Shown here piece after piece: positions 63,173 to 64,000 of a DNA stretch of 64,000 bases (positions within the stretch are counted from its first letter, which is position 1; each line of letters starts with the position of its first letter). The position numbers and the translations under genes were made by a program. The DNA is from Veleropilina oligotropha (lineage: Eukaryota). The notes under the pieces were generated by a model. That model was not told where the DNA came from. It saw only the letters and a program-made list of their open reading frames with translations, and did no database searches. The stretch lies in NCBI GenBank assembly GCA_048128005.1, contig JBEUKZ010000107.1:1-64000 (forward strand). Direction: 5' to 3'.

Positions 63173-63375
63173 TGATGATGAATTGATGTTTAACGACCAC
63201 GCCAACAGTATTTCAGTTATAAATCGGGTCAATCAACTTTGAATGATGAAATGAAGTGGTGCTGTGTGCAATGGAGGCAGCGACCATTGGAAAAATCCCC
63301 GGTACTCCCGGGGTTTGAACCCGTGACCCCCGTTTAGTAGACCAGCACCGTATCCACTCAGCCACGCTGCCCCCA
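63173..63375 (-). mobile_element. tRNA-derived SINE, full length
   Basis: A box TGGCTGAGTGG, B box GGTTCAAACC, (CAT)n tail; 11-bp TSD TTACAAAAAGA. A related head fragment lies at ~40665-40737. Confidence 0.82.
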
Positions 63376-64000
63376 TTACAAAAAGAGACATAGAAACAAT
63401 TTTTTTTTGTCGATTTAGGATTCTACTCCAACTAGGACATTATGACTAAAATTCCCTGTCAGAAGAAGGGAGGGGATCAACTAATATTATATACATCGTT
63501 ATTGGTATCATTTTCATCTGTTTCCACATCTGAATGACCGTCGCCCGAATCGTTTAAATTATCACCCATATCGTCTAACATATGCTCATGTCACAGCGTG
63601 GATAGTCCGCCATTTTGGATAAAAATGACACCATTATTCACAGTTGGTAATCATAATTAATATGCGTCTAAAGTTGTCTATATTCTTTGTTCACGTTCTA
63701 TGTGTTACCGTTATTATTCCTAGTCATTTTAATCAGAAACTTGAAATGCAATATATATACCTTTTAGTATCAGTAAAGAGGTGCCAAGGTGCGCTTTCCA
63801 TATTTATTTGTTACCATTAATTGGATTTATCACACATGAACTCATGTCTTCCTTTTCCTCCCATATAAATAAGGTATACTAAGGGAGACGATCCCACCCA
63901 CCCACCACAATACACAGAGAGAACGGGAGAGATTGCAGTTATAAGTAATAGAATATAGTTACATGAATGAGTATATCATTTATACTAGTTATAAGGCATT

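Overview
AT-rich animal genomic DNA, probably an invertebrate such as a mollusc (inferred from the repeat families and intron-rich genes). The main feature is a complete, GC-rich ~15.85 kb endogenous Polinton-like virus at 1754-17607. It has 159/158-bp terminal inverted repeats starting with G7 and a 5-6 bp target-site duplication. It sits inside a 37-bp minisatellite that appears to have grown out of a Penelope-like RT relic. The element encodes a probable major capsid protein, a minor capsid (penton)-like protein, an A32/FtsK-type packaging ATPase, an rve integrase, several membrane/coiled-coil proteins and a secreted Cys-rich cargo protein. One membrane protein carries tandem PSAP and LYPxL late-domain-like motifs. 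I found no canonical pPolB gene and no cysteine protease. Instead, a broken ~4 kb minus-strand gene reconstructs as a fusion of a Rho_N-like domain, a PolB-like palm, an SF1 helicase and an HNH-like Zn domain. The rest of the window holds a decayed Gypsy LTR element (20262-28002, TAAT TSD) with two nested DNA transposons, LINE/Tc1/SINE/HINE-like relics, long hairpins and three satellites. It also holds two divergent host genes: OSER1 (minus strand, two coding exons) and an EF-hand/coiled-coil gene (plus strand, six exons visible, running off the window). All family assignments come from motif recognition by eye; no database search was run.
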